Shown: in pieces, positions 13,501-24,858 of the stretch | How the letters are laid out: each line of letters begins with the position of its first letter | Numbering within the stretch: position 1 is the first letter of the stretch | Origin: Macrostomum lignano | Lineage: Eukaryota | Reading direction: 5' to 3' | Length of the DNA: 64,000 nucleotides | NCBI GenBank assembly: GCA_002269645.1 | Contig: NIVC01000044.1 | Span: 1 to 64,000, forward strand | Translations under genes and position numbers: made by a program | Notes under the pieces: generated by a model | What the model saw: only the letters and a program-made list of their open reading frames with translations | Database searches by the model: none | What the model was told of the DNA's origin: nothing

Positions 13501-16500
13501 CCGTCAATCTGTTGTTTAAGCTCGCCGAAGTTAGCCTCACTGACGCTCAGCTTCTCAGTGAGATCTGCAACTTGATCAGCATACTGAGACTTTTCCGATT
13601 GCAAGCCGTCAATCTGTTGTTTCAGCTCGCTGAAGTTGGCCTCACTGACGCTCAGCTTCTCAGTGAGATCTGCAACTTGATCAGCATACTGAGATTTCTC
13701 CGATTGCAAGCCGTCAATCTGTTGTTTAAGCTCGCCGAAGTTGGCCTCACTGACGCTCAGCTTCTTAGTGAGATCTGCAACTTGATCAGCATACTGAGAC
13801 TTTTCCGATTGCAAGCCGTCAATCTGTTGTTTAAGCTCACTGAAGTTAGCCTCACTAACGCTAAGTTTCTCAGTTAGGTCTGCAACTTGATCAGCATACT
13901 GAGACTTTTCCGATTGCAAGCCGTCAATCTGTTGTTTAAGCTCGCTGAAGTTGGCCTCACTGACGCTCAGCTTCTCAGTGAGATCTGCAACTTGATCAGC
14001 ATACTGAGATTTCTCTGATTGCAAGCCGTCAATCTGTTGTTTCAGCTCGCTGAAGTTAGATTCACTAAAGCTCAGCTTTTCATTGAGATCTGCAACTTGG
14101 ACTTCTAATTGAGACTTCTGTGACTGCAAGCTGTCTTTATGTTCAAAAAGAAGCTGCTTCTCCGATTGCAAGTCTTCAAATTGTTGTTTCAAATCCTGAA
14201 AGCCGGATTTCGATTGCGCTAGCTCATCATTTAGCCTTGTAACCTCTACAGAAAGCGCTGACCTTTCGGTGTCTACTTTAGCCGACATTTGGTTTAATTC
14301 GTCAACAAGCGCTTCATTCGCGGTCAACCTTTCTGCAATTTCTAAGTTACGCGCAGACATGGATTGTTTTTCTGACTCCAGCTGTTCGATAACTTGTTTG
14401 AAATTTGCGCATTCAGATTCCAAGCTTTGTATTTGCTCATTCAATCGAGCATTCTGCTCAGCTAGTTGAAGCTTTTCAGAGTTGAGCGTTCCTACTTGCT
14501 CATGGGTGCTGGATTGTGCAGCCTTGACGCTATCGCTCAATTGGGCTGCTTGCTCCCGCAACAAAGAATTTTCTGAGCCAAGCTGTTCGACAGATTCTGT
14601 CAGTTCAGCAATTCGACTATCAGCTGATTTGACGCGCTCAATCATAGCAGAGTTTTGCTCAGTTAATCGTATATTCTCCGATTCTAGCCGTTCATGTAGT
14701 TGTTTGAGCTCATCATATTTCTTTTGTAGAGACAGCGAAGATGCAGAAATTTGCGAGTAAGCGTCTTGCAGCTTGACTAGCTCTTCAGTTTTCTCTCTCA
14801 ACAACTGTCCGCTAACGTCTGCATCTTCTCTGCGTCCGCCACTCGAAGCCGATTGTTGCACTTCGCTGGTTTCTATCGGATGCTCGGGGCTGCTTTCGGA
14901 ACCAGTGTCCTGCAATAGAGATTTGCATCAGATTGACAATAGTCAACGCATTCGAGTATACTCATTTACTTCAAACCAGTTTGGGGTTTAAGGATGCATT
15001 AAATACCAATGCTAAATGTTCAGTATGACAATGTTTGAAAATACGAGTATCTTTACTTATTAAATAACCACCGCCTAATAGTTATTAAAGTGTTCTTATC
15101 GATTTTTTCAGCCGGATCCACTTGATCGGGAAAATCCAATTGTTTGATTTTAATTTGTTCAACTGCATGAAGTTCAGCACCAAATACTACAAACACTCAC
15201 CCGTGTTGCCCCCGCCTTTGTTTGCTGTTGCTGCAACTGAGCATCCAAAGCTTTCAACTGCTTCTCTAATGATTTCACTCGAGCCTTAGTTGATAAATGC
15301 TTCTTCTTTTCCGCTTGCAATTCGACGCGCAGATCTTCCGCCGGCTTTGGCGCCACGGCGGCAGCGGAAACGGCGTCTGCGTCAGCCTGCAGCTGCGCGA
15401 GGCGCTGCTCCAGGCTGCTGCGCTCCGTCTCCAACTGGACCGCCTTAGATCGAAGCTCGTCCGCCTCGCGAGCCCATTGGCTAGCGGCCTGGTAGAACAA
15501 TTAACAATATAAGCTGTATTCAGAACACAACAATCTAATCATTGTGATCATCACATCGGCAGAATAACACTGACTTACCTCAGCCTGCTCCTCCTTAACT
15601 TTAGCCAATTGTTTTTCCAACGATTTGACCTTCGCTTTGGCGGTCAGATGCCGCTTGCGCTCCGCCTGCAGCTCCTTGCGGGCCGCCTCGTCCGCTGCTG
15701 CCAGCGCCTCAGCGGCTCCGGAAGATGCTGCAGCTTCGGATTTCTGGAATACAACAGAAAAATACGTAATTTTTTTTCAAATAATTTAACATTGAAGCAC
15801 TGCATCTACCCACTCATTCTTCAGTGAAGCCCTGCATCTACCTGCTCACTCTTCAGTGAAGCCCTGCATCTACCTGCTCACTCTTCAGTGAAGCCCTGCA
15901 TCTACCTGCTCACTCTTCAGTGAAGCACTGCATCTACCCACTCATTCTTCAGTGAAGCCCTGCATCTACCTGCTCACTCTTCAGTGAAGCCCTGCATCTA
16001 CCTGCTCACTCTTCAGTGAAGCCCTGCATCTACCTGCTTACTCTTCAGTGAAGCACTAAATCTACCTGCTCACTCTTCAGTGAAGCCCTGCATCTACCTG
16101 CTCACTCTTCAGTGAAGCCCTGCATCTACCTGCTCACTCTTCAGTGAAGCCCTGCATCTGCCTTAAAATCTGTTAATAGTAGCATATTTACCCTTAAATT
16201 GTTCAGCTCATTCTTGAGCTCTTTGACAGCAAAGTCTCTCTCAGCCAGTTGACTCTGCTGCTCCAACAGCTGAGCTTCCGCCTCTTTAAGTCGTTCAATT
16301 TTCTGTCGAAGAGCCTCTTGGCAGTCGCGCAGTTGCAATTCGAATATTGTGTCAACATTTTGCTTGCTGGCCTCTGACAATATCATATTTAAGTGATCAT
16401 ATTATATACATAGAAGAAACTGATTGCATTTCTGCTTTTTTAAACACGGGCACTCACCATTGAACAGCTTTTTAACGGATTCTTCGTGACTCTTCATCAG

Positions 16501-19451
16501 AATTAGCATATCGTCGTCTTTCATAGAGATCTCTTCTTGCTTTCGCTGAATGAATGAATAAAGGGGTTATGTAAATGACTAAAAATATTGCTCGTTTAAG
16601 ATAAGCTATGCGGCCATGCTTAATAGGGATTGACCCTCCGTCCTTTCAAACAACTAAATTCGAATAAAAAAGTTCGAGTACGAGGTCAGCCAAAATTCTG
16701 TCAGGAAAATAAATGACGAGTAAAATGTCCCTCAAATTCGATTCGACAGCTCAGCTGCAGCTATTGCGCGGCGCATCTGAAGGCTGCGTACGGCTGTTCA
16801 GTCCAAGGACTGGGGGGGGGGGGGGGGAGGGTCGCCACACACAGCCTCAATTACCCCAGCCAATGCTGGCACCCATTTTACAGCTGCGTGAACTGAAGCA
16901 ATGCAGAGTTAAGTGTCTTGCTCAGGACAAAAACTGTTCCAAGTGAATCGAGAATCGAACCCCCGACCTTACGGTCGTGAGCCCGACGCTCTAACCGATA
17001 AGCTACAACCCCTGAAGAACTATCATGAAGTATCATGGCAAACTGAAGCAAAATAACGCTGCACTCGCGAATCGTGCAATTTTCACTGGAGGCTGATTTT
17101 CGAACTCAGCATAAAGCAAGCATGGGTTTTGTTTGGGATGCGCTCACAGTTCATCCAGAATTTTGAGAGAAAAGGTGACGAGAATTGTATTTACGTGGCT
17201 TTGTGCATCTCCATCGCAAGTTTGTGGCCACAGGAGCAAACCGTGAATCGGAAATTTTATCGTGAAGTTCGAGAGAGAGGTTGATGCTGAGGATGCAGTG
17301 GGTTCGACGTGAACAGTAGGAGAAACAATGCCTGGTTGCTGCATCACGAAAACCCATCGGCGCACAAAGCACTTTCACTGTAACAGTTTTTGGCTGAAAT
17401 ATAAGTCGCAAAAACTACCTTATTTGCCAGATACGGCCCCGTGCGATTTCTGGCTCTTTCCAAAGGTAAAGCAACCTCTCAAAGAATCACGATTTGAAGA
17501 ACTGGAAGACATAAAGAACAATGCGACAGTCGAGATGATGAGTCTTACGAGGCATCTCGACGGAGAGCTTCCAAGAATGCATCGGGAGCTGGCATCAGCG
17601 ATTGGGGTGCCGTGTTAAAAATTATAATTCATGTTTTGCTCAATACCAGATCATGGCAAAATTATCGTTAATTTTCGGCCACACCTCGTGTTACTGGAGA
17701 CCGGCAACGCTCACAAATACAGTAGCGTTTTCTAAACGGGCTTTGCAAAGATTTGTTTTTTGCATAGCGCTGAATGGGGTTTGGCCATAGACAATTCCCC
17801 GCTAAAAAATTCGGCTGTTTCTTCGTTCGCTTCTGTGACGCAACTCCATCCGAAAGGAGCTCTATCTTGACAGTGTAAAAGAAGCAACTGAAGAAGCTAT
17901 TGATGTTCCTTTAATTGCGGAATCAGCGCAGGAAGCAGACAAAGCCCACCCACCTAAAGTTTCCCTGAAGTTTTTTGTGCTGCTCCTACGGTTTCTGGAA
18001 GCGGCGCTGATTCCGACAAGAAGCAAACGAAGAAGCACCTGAATTTTTAGCGGGTCAGTAGAGAAGAAGCTGCGCTGGAAAATCCTTAAAAGAATACACT
18101 GAGGGGAGACAGGTACAAAATTCCTGTCTCGCTAATGCATTCTGCAGCGAAAACCGACCTCCATCGAAAATCACGTTTGGTACCTCAAGTAAGACTAAAA
18201 GAAGATTCGAAACCAAAAAGACAGCTTTGAAAATAATATATTGGGACTAAAAATATGAAACTCAATACACTACTTATCAACGATCATAAAATTCTGCTGG
18301 CTTTGAACCGAAATAACTTCCGCACCTTAATAGTATCCATTAGACGCGACTTCTCGTCCTCTTTCTCGGCCAAGCACTCCTCAAAATAGAGTTGTGTAGC
18401 GGCCAGCTTCTCGGCAAACTGCTCATCTTTGGCTTGCAACGCGGCAGCCTGCTGTTCGCGCAGCAATTTAATAGCTGCGTCGCGAGATTCAACAACTTGC
18501 AATTGTTCAGCAACGCTTTCCCGCAGTTCGTGAGCCTGGCCTTCTAGCTGACGAATTTGACTGTCTAATTGGGACAGGCGGTCGTCTTTGAAAACGCTGG
18601 CAGCGTGAAGGGCTGAGATCTGTTCCTGAGTTACAGAGCCAAATGAGTACATAATTACTGACTCAATTATTGAATTTCATGGTTGGCAGGTTAAGGTTGA
18701 TAAAAACAGAGGACACATATCAGGAAAGTCATTTCAGATACTGGAAACTCATCGACGGGAAGCTACCAACATGATGTGACAAATGACAGGTCAGCTAAAA
18801 GACACTAAACAGATAAGCAATGTGTGATAAAACGCCTCTCCAGAGGGCAGTTTTTTCCTTGTGTGCCCCCCCCCCCACTGACCCAGAAGTTGTTATTAAA
18901 TTCAAACTTAAAGAACAACTTAAAGATTGGTAGATGTGTACAACCGTGGCCTGAGTGTTTAGGATTTATGGTAAACCTCTCACTCACAACAAGATGCTAA
19001 TGGAAACACTTGGACAGGTGATAGGTAATTAACTGAAAACACTAGACAGCTTATATTTGCAGCAAATTAACACAACACTGATCAAATAATAGGTAAACTT
19101 CTAAACATAAATTGATGACAAATAAGCAAATAAGCATAGAGCATACTTGACAATAAAGGTAGCAAAAAACCAAACTAGATAGAGAGCAGACAGAGAGACA
19201 ACAAATAAAGTAGTATCATAAACTCAATATGGAAGTTAAATGTAAGAAGTCAAGAATATATAATATATAGGCAAGACAATAAATATATCCAAAAGTTACT
19301 AATAAATTCAATAATACAAATCAATACAAATCAAATCAAATCAATAGCAAAAACTACATACCTCATATTGTTGCTCCTTCTGCTTTAGCTCCTCTTCATT
19401 ATGACGAATAATCTCTTTCAATCTTGCTAGCTGCTCATCATTTGCATCCAT
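1..19451 (-). CDS. Giant coiled-coil protein gene (golgin/giantin-like), at least 8 coding exons, more than 5,200 aa, 3' end outside window
   Basis: Exons joined by GT-AG sites with consistent phases: 19451-19362, 18625-18326, 16545-16458, 16373-16192, 15743-15579, 15488-15201, 14909-1739, 1530-<1. The translation is E/K/Q/L/S-rich heptad sequence almost throughout. The last 5.5 kb needs several frameshift corrections. Confidence 0.85.
180..1330 (-). repeat. ~720-bp (~240 aa) internal duplication in exon 8
   Basis: tcaaaatgcggcactgtttc at 520 and 1241; the ...MMVDACTDAEP..ESRVSEQEVE.LL.SKMSLTEEVF.LKQ segment occurs twice. Confidence 0.85.
1739..14909 (-). CDS. Giant exon 7 (~13.2 kb, ~4,390 aa) of the coiled-coil gene
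   Basis: Acceptor ctattgcag|GAC at 14909; open for more than 3,100 codons (ORF 5481..14915). It continues through ORFs 3877..4827, 3349..3540, 2997..3290 and 2129..2974 via single-base shifts. Donor CAG|gtacaa at 1739. Confidence 0.75.
3895..4290 (-). repeat. Second block of the 84-bp / 28-aa coding repeat, about 5 units
   Basis: Same unit as 4850-7160, following a duplicated linker. Confidence 0.9.
4850..7160 (-). repeat. Coding tandem repeat, 84 bp / 28 aa (ELESKSKQVTELEASVNEQTEKNRALVE), about 27 units
   Basis: Directly visible 84-bp periodicity. Confidence 0.95.
9990..14130 (-). repeat. Coding tandem repeat, 105 bp / 35 aa, about 40 units in unbroken register
   Basis: The QSEKS codon block recurs every 105 bp from 10021 to 14116 (39 x 105 = 4095). 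Two near-identical sub-arrays: ELKQQIDGLQSEKSQYADQVADLTEKLSVSEANF(G/S) and EMKLQLDSLQSEKSQLVDQVRELDEKLQASESNSS. Confidence 0.95.
15201..15488 (-). CDS. Coiled-coil gene exon 6 (contains ELQAEKKKHLSTKARVKSLEKQL)
   Basis: Acceptor taccag|GCC, donor CGG|gtgagt, 288 nt, phase 0. Confidence 0.8.
15579..15743 (-). CDS. Coiled-coil gene exon 5 (contains KELQAERKRHLTAKAKVKSLEKQL)
   Basis: Acceptor ttccag|AAA, donor GAG|gtaagt, 165 nt, phase 0. Confidence 0.8.
15793..16160. repeat. Intronic 32-bp minisatellite (tcagtgaagccctgcatctacctgctcactct), about 11 copies
   Basis: Direct periodicity; fills most of intron 4 of the coiled-coil gene. Confidence 0.95.
16192..16373 (-). CDS. Coiled-coil gene exon 4
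   Basis: Acceptor gtcag|AG completes the split GAG codon; donor AGG|gtaaat; 182 nt; inside ORF 16141..16386. Confidence 0.8.
16458..16545 (-). CDS. Coiled-coil gene exon 3 (RKQEEISMKDDDMLILMKSHEESVKKLFN)
   Basis: Acceptor ttcag|CGA, donor G|gtgagt, 88 nt, phase 0 to 1. Confidence 0.8.
16681..17688 (+). mobile_element. Decayed Tc1/mariner DNA transposon
   Basis: Imperfect TIRs TA|CGAGGTCAGCCAAAATT and AATTTTCGGCCACACCTCG|TG. Transposase C-terminal motif LPYLPDTAPCDFWLFPKVKQPLKESRFEELEDIKNNAT matches the mariner PYSPDLAPxDFxLFPxLK consensus. Confidence 0.85.
16735..17012 (-). mobile_element. tRNA-derived SINE with CORE-like central domain, nested in the mariner
   Basis: Minus strand: GGGGTTGTAGCTTATCGGTTAGAGCG (A box), GGTTCGATTC (B box), then CCTGAGCAAGACACTTAAC...CTGTAAAATGGG resembling the CORE/MIR-type domain. 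The 3' boundary is approximate. Confidence 0.75.
17798..18054. mobile_element. MITE-like element with ~37-bp imperfect terminal inverted repeats
   Basis: cccgctaaaaaattcggctgtttcttcgttcgcttct versus the reverse complement of agaagcaaacgaagaagcacctgaatttttagcggg. No TSD found. Confidence 0.55.
18326..18625 (-). CDS. Coiled-coil gene exon 2
   Basis: Acceptor ctcag|GAA, donor AAG|gtgcgg, 300 nt, inside ORF 18284..18652. Confidence 0.8.
19362..19451 (-). CDS. Coiled-coil gene, first coding exon seen (MDANDEQLARLKEIIRHNEEELKQKEQQYE)
   Basis: ATG at 19451, 30 codons, donor GAG|gtatgt, phase 0. Too short for the ORF track. A further upstream exon cannot be excluded. Confidence 0.75.
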
Positions 19452-20589
19452 GCCAACAAAAAGCTTGTAGAATTGGTAAGCTTTGGGTAGCTAATAGAGC
19501 TACCACATAGCTTCTTTGCTATAAATTCCTAATCAATATATTAAGTTCTAAAATGTCTGAAAAGTGAATATTATATGAATATGACTATATAATTATAAAT
19601 AGATCAGTTAAAACTTGGAATAAAGAATATAAAATATTACTATGTCAATACCATAACCATACCAATGTAGTTAATTTATGGCTTGAACAACTTGATTCCT
19701 ATTGGGAAAAAAACTTTCTTATAAGGCTAATATAGGTAGTAAAAGTATCAAAGATCAGCTAATAAAGAAATCATTAGCTTCACTAAAGATAATGGGCATA
19801 AATACAGTTTTATTCATTAAATTTAAATTCTTAATGGCAAGTTGTCTATGACAAAAGCTGATGCTAGGGGAGAACAGGAGATTCTCACTAATTCTCACTA
19901 AATTTCAGAATTGACAACTTGTGACAGTGGGACATCTGCCTGCACCTATGAGCATCATCACACTTGGAGATGCATGTTAATCTATGGAGTTGATAGAACT
20001 TAACCTGACAGAGAGATCTGTTTATACTGACTGCTGACAGAAATGAAGTGGCTGGTCAAGTACTATCTATTAAGCAATGAGCACATTATTACCCACTATA
20101 ATAGCTCCACATCCATGGTCACAATTCCTTAGATTTGTTTCCAGCTCCCTAGACTCGATTGTTGTTTCTTGTTAACTGTTAACACATTACTTAAGCGAAT
20201 TTGAATTTAGTAAACAAAACTGTATTTATGTCAATTAACTTTTATAAATATTTTTTATTGTAAAAACATTTTATAAAAAATATAAGAATGATGATCATTG
20301 TAAAAAAGTTCAGTTATATTATTGCACTAATTTTATAATATTACTAGCAATCTAGTGCCCCCCTTCAGGTTGCCAAATAAGTAAAGAGCAAAAATTATTC
20401 ATGCAAATCATTAAAGAAACACATTTTCTTGAGAACTGATTCCTTCTCAGTTTATAGATAACCTTATTCGAGTAAAAATTCCATGGACAAAGATATTTGC
20501 TATGAATCTCTTTTGTCTAAAAGTAACAAAAGTACACAACAAAATAAAGCCTTCACAAAGATAATGTGTTCCCTCTAAGTTGAAAGCAT

Positions 20590-21340
20590 TCCCCAGATGG
20601 CAAGCATTGCCCCCCCCAGATAGCAAGCATCCCTCAATAGTAAGCAACTCTAAACAGCAAGCGTCCCCCAGATAGCAAGCATCCCCCAGATAGCAAGCAA
20701 TCCCAAACAGAAAGCATCCCCCAGATAGCAAGCATCCCCCAGATAGCAAGCATCCCCCAGATAGCAAGCATCCCCCAGATAGCAAGCATCCCCCAGATAG
20801 CAAGCATCCCCCAGATAGCAAGCATCCCCCAGATAGCAAGCATCTCCCAGATAGCAAGCATCCCCCATATAGCAAGCAATCCCAAACAGAAAGCATCCCC
20901 CAGATAGCAAGCATCCCCCAGATAGCAAGCATCCCCCAGATAGCAAGCATCCCCCAGATAGCAAGCATCTCCCAGATAGCAAGCATCCCCAGATAGCAAG
21001 CATCTTCCAGATAGCAAGCATCCCCCAATAGCAAGCAACCCTAGATAGCAATCATCCCCCAGATAGCAAGCATTCCTTAATAGCAAGAATCCCCCAATAA
21101 CAAACAACCCCAGATAGTAAGCATCCCTCAGATAGCAAGCATCCCTGGATTGAAAGAATCCTTATAGTTAGCTAGTAACCCCCTCTCAAATAGCAAGTAC
21201 CTTCCATACCCCAAGAGCAAGCATCTCCCAATAGCAAGTACCTTAGATAGCAAGCATCCTTCCAATAGCAAGCATCCCCCCAATAGCAAGCAACCCCAGA
21301 TAGCAAGTATCCCTGGATAGCAAGTCTCTACATATATGTG
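20590..21340. repeat. 18-bp minisatellite (atagcaagcatcccccag) with degenerate flanks
   Basis: Direct periodicity; the variant aatcccaaacagaaagc recurs 180 bp apart. Confidence 0.95.
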
Positions 21341-21716
21341 GCCAATGCCAGCCATGCTGCATGTAGCATTTGGAGTATGCAGCAGTCTAAACAGCAAGAC
21401 CAATGCAGCACTCTAACACAAGGGCATGCCTGATGCAGCCTTCTAATCTACTGCACAGGCAACAACTTCAATTGGCTATGGCTAGCCATGTCATCTGGTC
21501 AAAGGCCTGCTACCCTAAGCCACTACATAAATTGCTGCTACTCAATCAAGCTGCAGGGACTATGCAGGCAAGGCCAAGGGCAAACATCCTCTCTTCTATC
21601 CCTTCTTCCCTTTCCTCTCTTCTTTGCCTTCTTTTCTCTCCTTTTTCCTTTTTCTCCCCTTTGAAATGAAAAAATATCCTACTTTCACTTCACCCCCTCT
21701 ATTCCAATCTTAATAT

Positions 21717-23590
21717 GGGTCCTAGTCATTTCGTCAACTGGCGTTTCGTCAACTGGCCTTTTCGTCAACTCAGTTTTATCACTGGTCGTTTCGTCAACTA
21801 GCCAATGAAGCAATCTCAAACCTCAGTCACTTCGTCAACTGGCCAACAGGAAGTGTTCCAACATTGGTCACTTTGTCAACTGCCAATAAACTACCCCCCA
21901 CAGCCGCAAAAAAAGTAAAACTGAACCCTGAAATGACTAAGTCAACAGGCTAATTAATATTCATACCCTTCTGCAACATCTGCCAGCTTTCGGTTGATGC
22001 ATCTCTGTTATACGCTTGTACATGTACTAACAAAATATAATGCGCTTATGTGTTTGAAACGTGTGCAGCACAACGGGGTTGACATCCCATGTTACAAATT
22101 TGTATATGTTAAATTTTGAATGCAGAAGTTAATTAAGAAGTAGTACATGTAGTTGAGGAGAACCCGGACCAAAGATAACGCTTGAAGTGGCCAGGTCCTC
22201 TATTCGCAAAACATACATATAGAAAGCATTCCAAATCAAGCCATTACATACATGAATGTGGTCATGTATGACTGCGCAGCAGGTTGCTTGGACGGAACAG
22301 GTCGGCGCAGTGATACAAAAGCCGTGTTGTCACTCGCGTAGGCGATCTTGAAGGCAGTGTGCAGCAGGCCAGCCTGCGCCACATCAACTTGTTGCTTGAG
22401 CGACTTCATCAGCGTCCAGGTCTCGACAGTGTACAGCAGGATGGTCTTGATCACGGCCTCGCCTGGAACAATGCTGCCCTCAAGCGGTCAGCTGTACATT
22501 AATTAGCTGGCCTCGCGGACTGCAGGACTCCCCCAGACTACATGTAAATATACTGTAGCTCAAGCCAGTAGTGTCGGAACATATTTCAGAGTGGGGGGGC
22601 TATTTGATGGGAGGGCACATTGCACATAATTTCTTCTAATCTAAGGGCACCCAAACTCCTGCTGTTATATTAGTTTGTGGCATTATGACATTAACCAGGG
22701 CCAATATTCAATTCTGTGTTGGAATAGCCAAAAGTTTGAAAATGCTCAAATTTTCAACTAATTCAAACATTGCGCAACTGTACTGCACTCATTTCAAGGA
22801 CTGCGCTTAGGTGACTTCAGTGGTCCAATTGACTGGGGCGCCAGTGCCGTGAGTTTGCTAAAGATGTCGATCTGGGATGGCCACCTTGTCGGGGTCAGCA
22901 GCACCTTTGGCAGCTTGAAAGATTTCTCGCTTACAACGCAGGGCTTGCAAAACATGGCCAAGTCTTGTGCAGCTACATGAGCAGGAATGCACAAATCAAG
23001 AGCATGCCACTGTGGTACTGTACCCAATATTGCCGTACCCAACACAGCGGGTGGAGGGGTGGGAAGATGCATGCAGTCCACCAATTTTCACGACTCCATA
23101 TATAGGTGAGTTTATAGCAGTCTTTGATGCGTTTTGATAGGAGAAATACCTATGTTATGTAGTCGCATGTATGGTTGCATAACACAAATACTCAAGATTC
23201 ATGAATGCCTAGATGCATATGGGTATCAGTGCGCATGGGGTGACGCATTTGCATAGAATATTTACATTGAAACATTTAACCTAATGGACATGCAGTCTGG
23301 TATTGCAAAGTTGCAAAATTTTTTTGTTTTTTAAAAATAAGGCAATTAATAAAACAAGTCATTGATATAACAATAATTGTAAGCTATATACAAGATAGGC
23401 CTATGTAGCTATATCAGCTACATACATATATCATTCATATAATGAAAATTTTAATCACTTTGTCAACAAGCAAATGGGAAAGACCTAGGCATTGGTCACT
23501 TTGTCAACCACTAATAAAGTCGCCCCAACATTTTGGTCACTTTGTCAACCATGTTGACAAAATGCCAGTTGACGAAATGACCATCCTCCC
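21717..23590. mobile_element. Non-autonomous TIR DNA element (Mutator-like by inference), ~1.9 kb
   Basis: Inverted gtcatttcgtcaactggc(g/a)ttt(c/t)gtcaac near both ends, multiple subterminal (c/t)gtcaac motifs, GGG...CCC termini, flanked by direct repeat TTAATAT (21710-21716, 23591-23597). Confidence 0.65.
22236..22470 (-). pseudogene. Fragment of a non-LTR retrotransposon (RTE-like) RT C-terminal region
   Basis: IKTILLYTVETWTLMKSLKQQVDVAQAGLLHTAFKI resembles the LLYGxETWTLTK...LD...LLR motif of LINE ORF2. Confidence 0.65.
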
Positions 23591-23650
23591 TTAATATACA
23601 TGCAATGTCAAACATTTCTGTCTTTGTTGCTTGAGTCCTTGATTCTAGCA

Positions 23651-23975
23651 ACTTAAGAGCTCCTCTCACATTGAAAGTGAAAACATTTATTGCAACTATA
23701 GCCTTACCACCCAACCCAAATATACACATGGTGTCACAACTTTGTTGTCCCCAATCCCAAGGACTTAAGAGCTCCCCCTGCATTGAAAGTAAAAATATTC
23801 ATCTTAATATTAGCCTCCTACCATCCAACCAAAGTGTGCATATGGCATCCAAACTTTGTTGCTAATTCCCCAAATTCATGCAAGGACTTAAGAGCTTCCC
23901 TTTGAAAGTTAAAACATTCATCTTAACTTTAACCTCTACTAACCCCAACCACAATGTGGACATGGCATTGATAAT
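23651..23975. repeat. Three degenerate ~115-bp tandem units
   Basis: acttaagagct...ttgaaagt.aaaa recurs at 23651, 23763 and 23886. Confidence 0.6.
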
Positions 23976-24858
23976 CTACGCTGATGCTTGAGCTTGAACT
24001 TGAACCTTGAACCCTATCAAATCAATAGCTCTAATGCCAATGGTCTTTCAATTCTTAGTTGAGTGATATCACTATATACAGGAACTACATATGGCAAGTA
24101 TGTGTTCCTGTAACCATATCCATATCCATATGCTTTGCCAAAAAACCTCTATATCATTAACTTCCTGTAGCTATATTGGTATCCATAGGCATAGCTATGG
24201 CGCAACTTTAATTTTTAATACATTAATTACAAACTACTAGGCCTAATGCTATTAGTCTGATAAAATACTAAAAATACCAATGACTAAAAAAAAACACAGG
24301 ACAATATCGAAAATTGGCTTAATACTAAATTAATAGCTTACATACATTCTATGCATACATTCTGCAGTCAACTATGTACATTATACTAATAGTAATTGTC
24401 TATATTTTAATGAAACTACTAAAGATATGAAATTATATAATGCTGAAACTTTTTAAGAGAAACTGAACATGTGGCATTGATTTATTGTTGTTGTTAACTT
24501 GTTATCATATCATGGCCATCATTCATACATAACATGTATACATTCCTAAAACAGTGAAAAAGATTTCAAATTACTATATTAAAAAAGTGCACACGTGGAA
24601 TAGTACTATTATTTTCTTGCCTTTTACTTCCGTCTTTTATTTAACCGTGTAAAACTTTTCCTTACTTTAATACACACTTTTTGTATATAAACGGTTGCAA
24701 GGTAAAGTAACAATAAAAAAATTTGATTTACTAGGTTGCAATTTTTAATTTACGCTTTTTGATAATATCGTGGATGTGAAAAGATTTTTTTTCAGTTTTT
24801 TATCTCATGTCTTTCTATTATTAGACTGATTTTTGGCTAGCATCAATCAACTGTAATA

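Noticed and set aside
3920-13877. Long plus-strand ORFs (e.g. 4867..7209, 5622..6947, 12984..13877)
   Set aside because: Antisense shadows of the in-frame coding repeats; stop-free only because the 84- and 105-bp units lack stops in those frames.
16945-17012. Functional tRNA gene
   Set aside because: The acceptor stem is not recoverable and the sequence continues into a SINE core; the same holds for 51908-51980.
1-19451. Assignment as myosin, SMC, kinesin or a secreted adhesive protein
   Set aside because: No motor or ATPase motifs and no signal peptide in the reconstructed N-terminus.
20447-21403. GGCLLS / DACYLG / WGMLAI ORFs
   Set aside because: 18-bp satellite translations.
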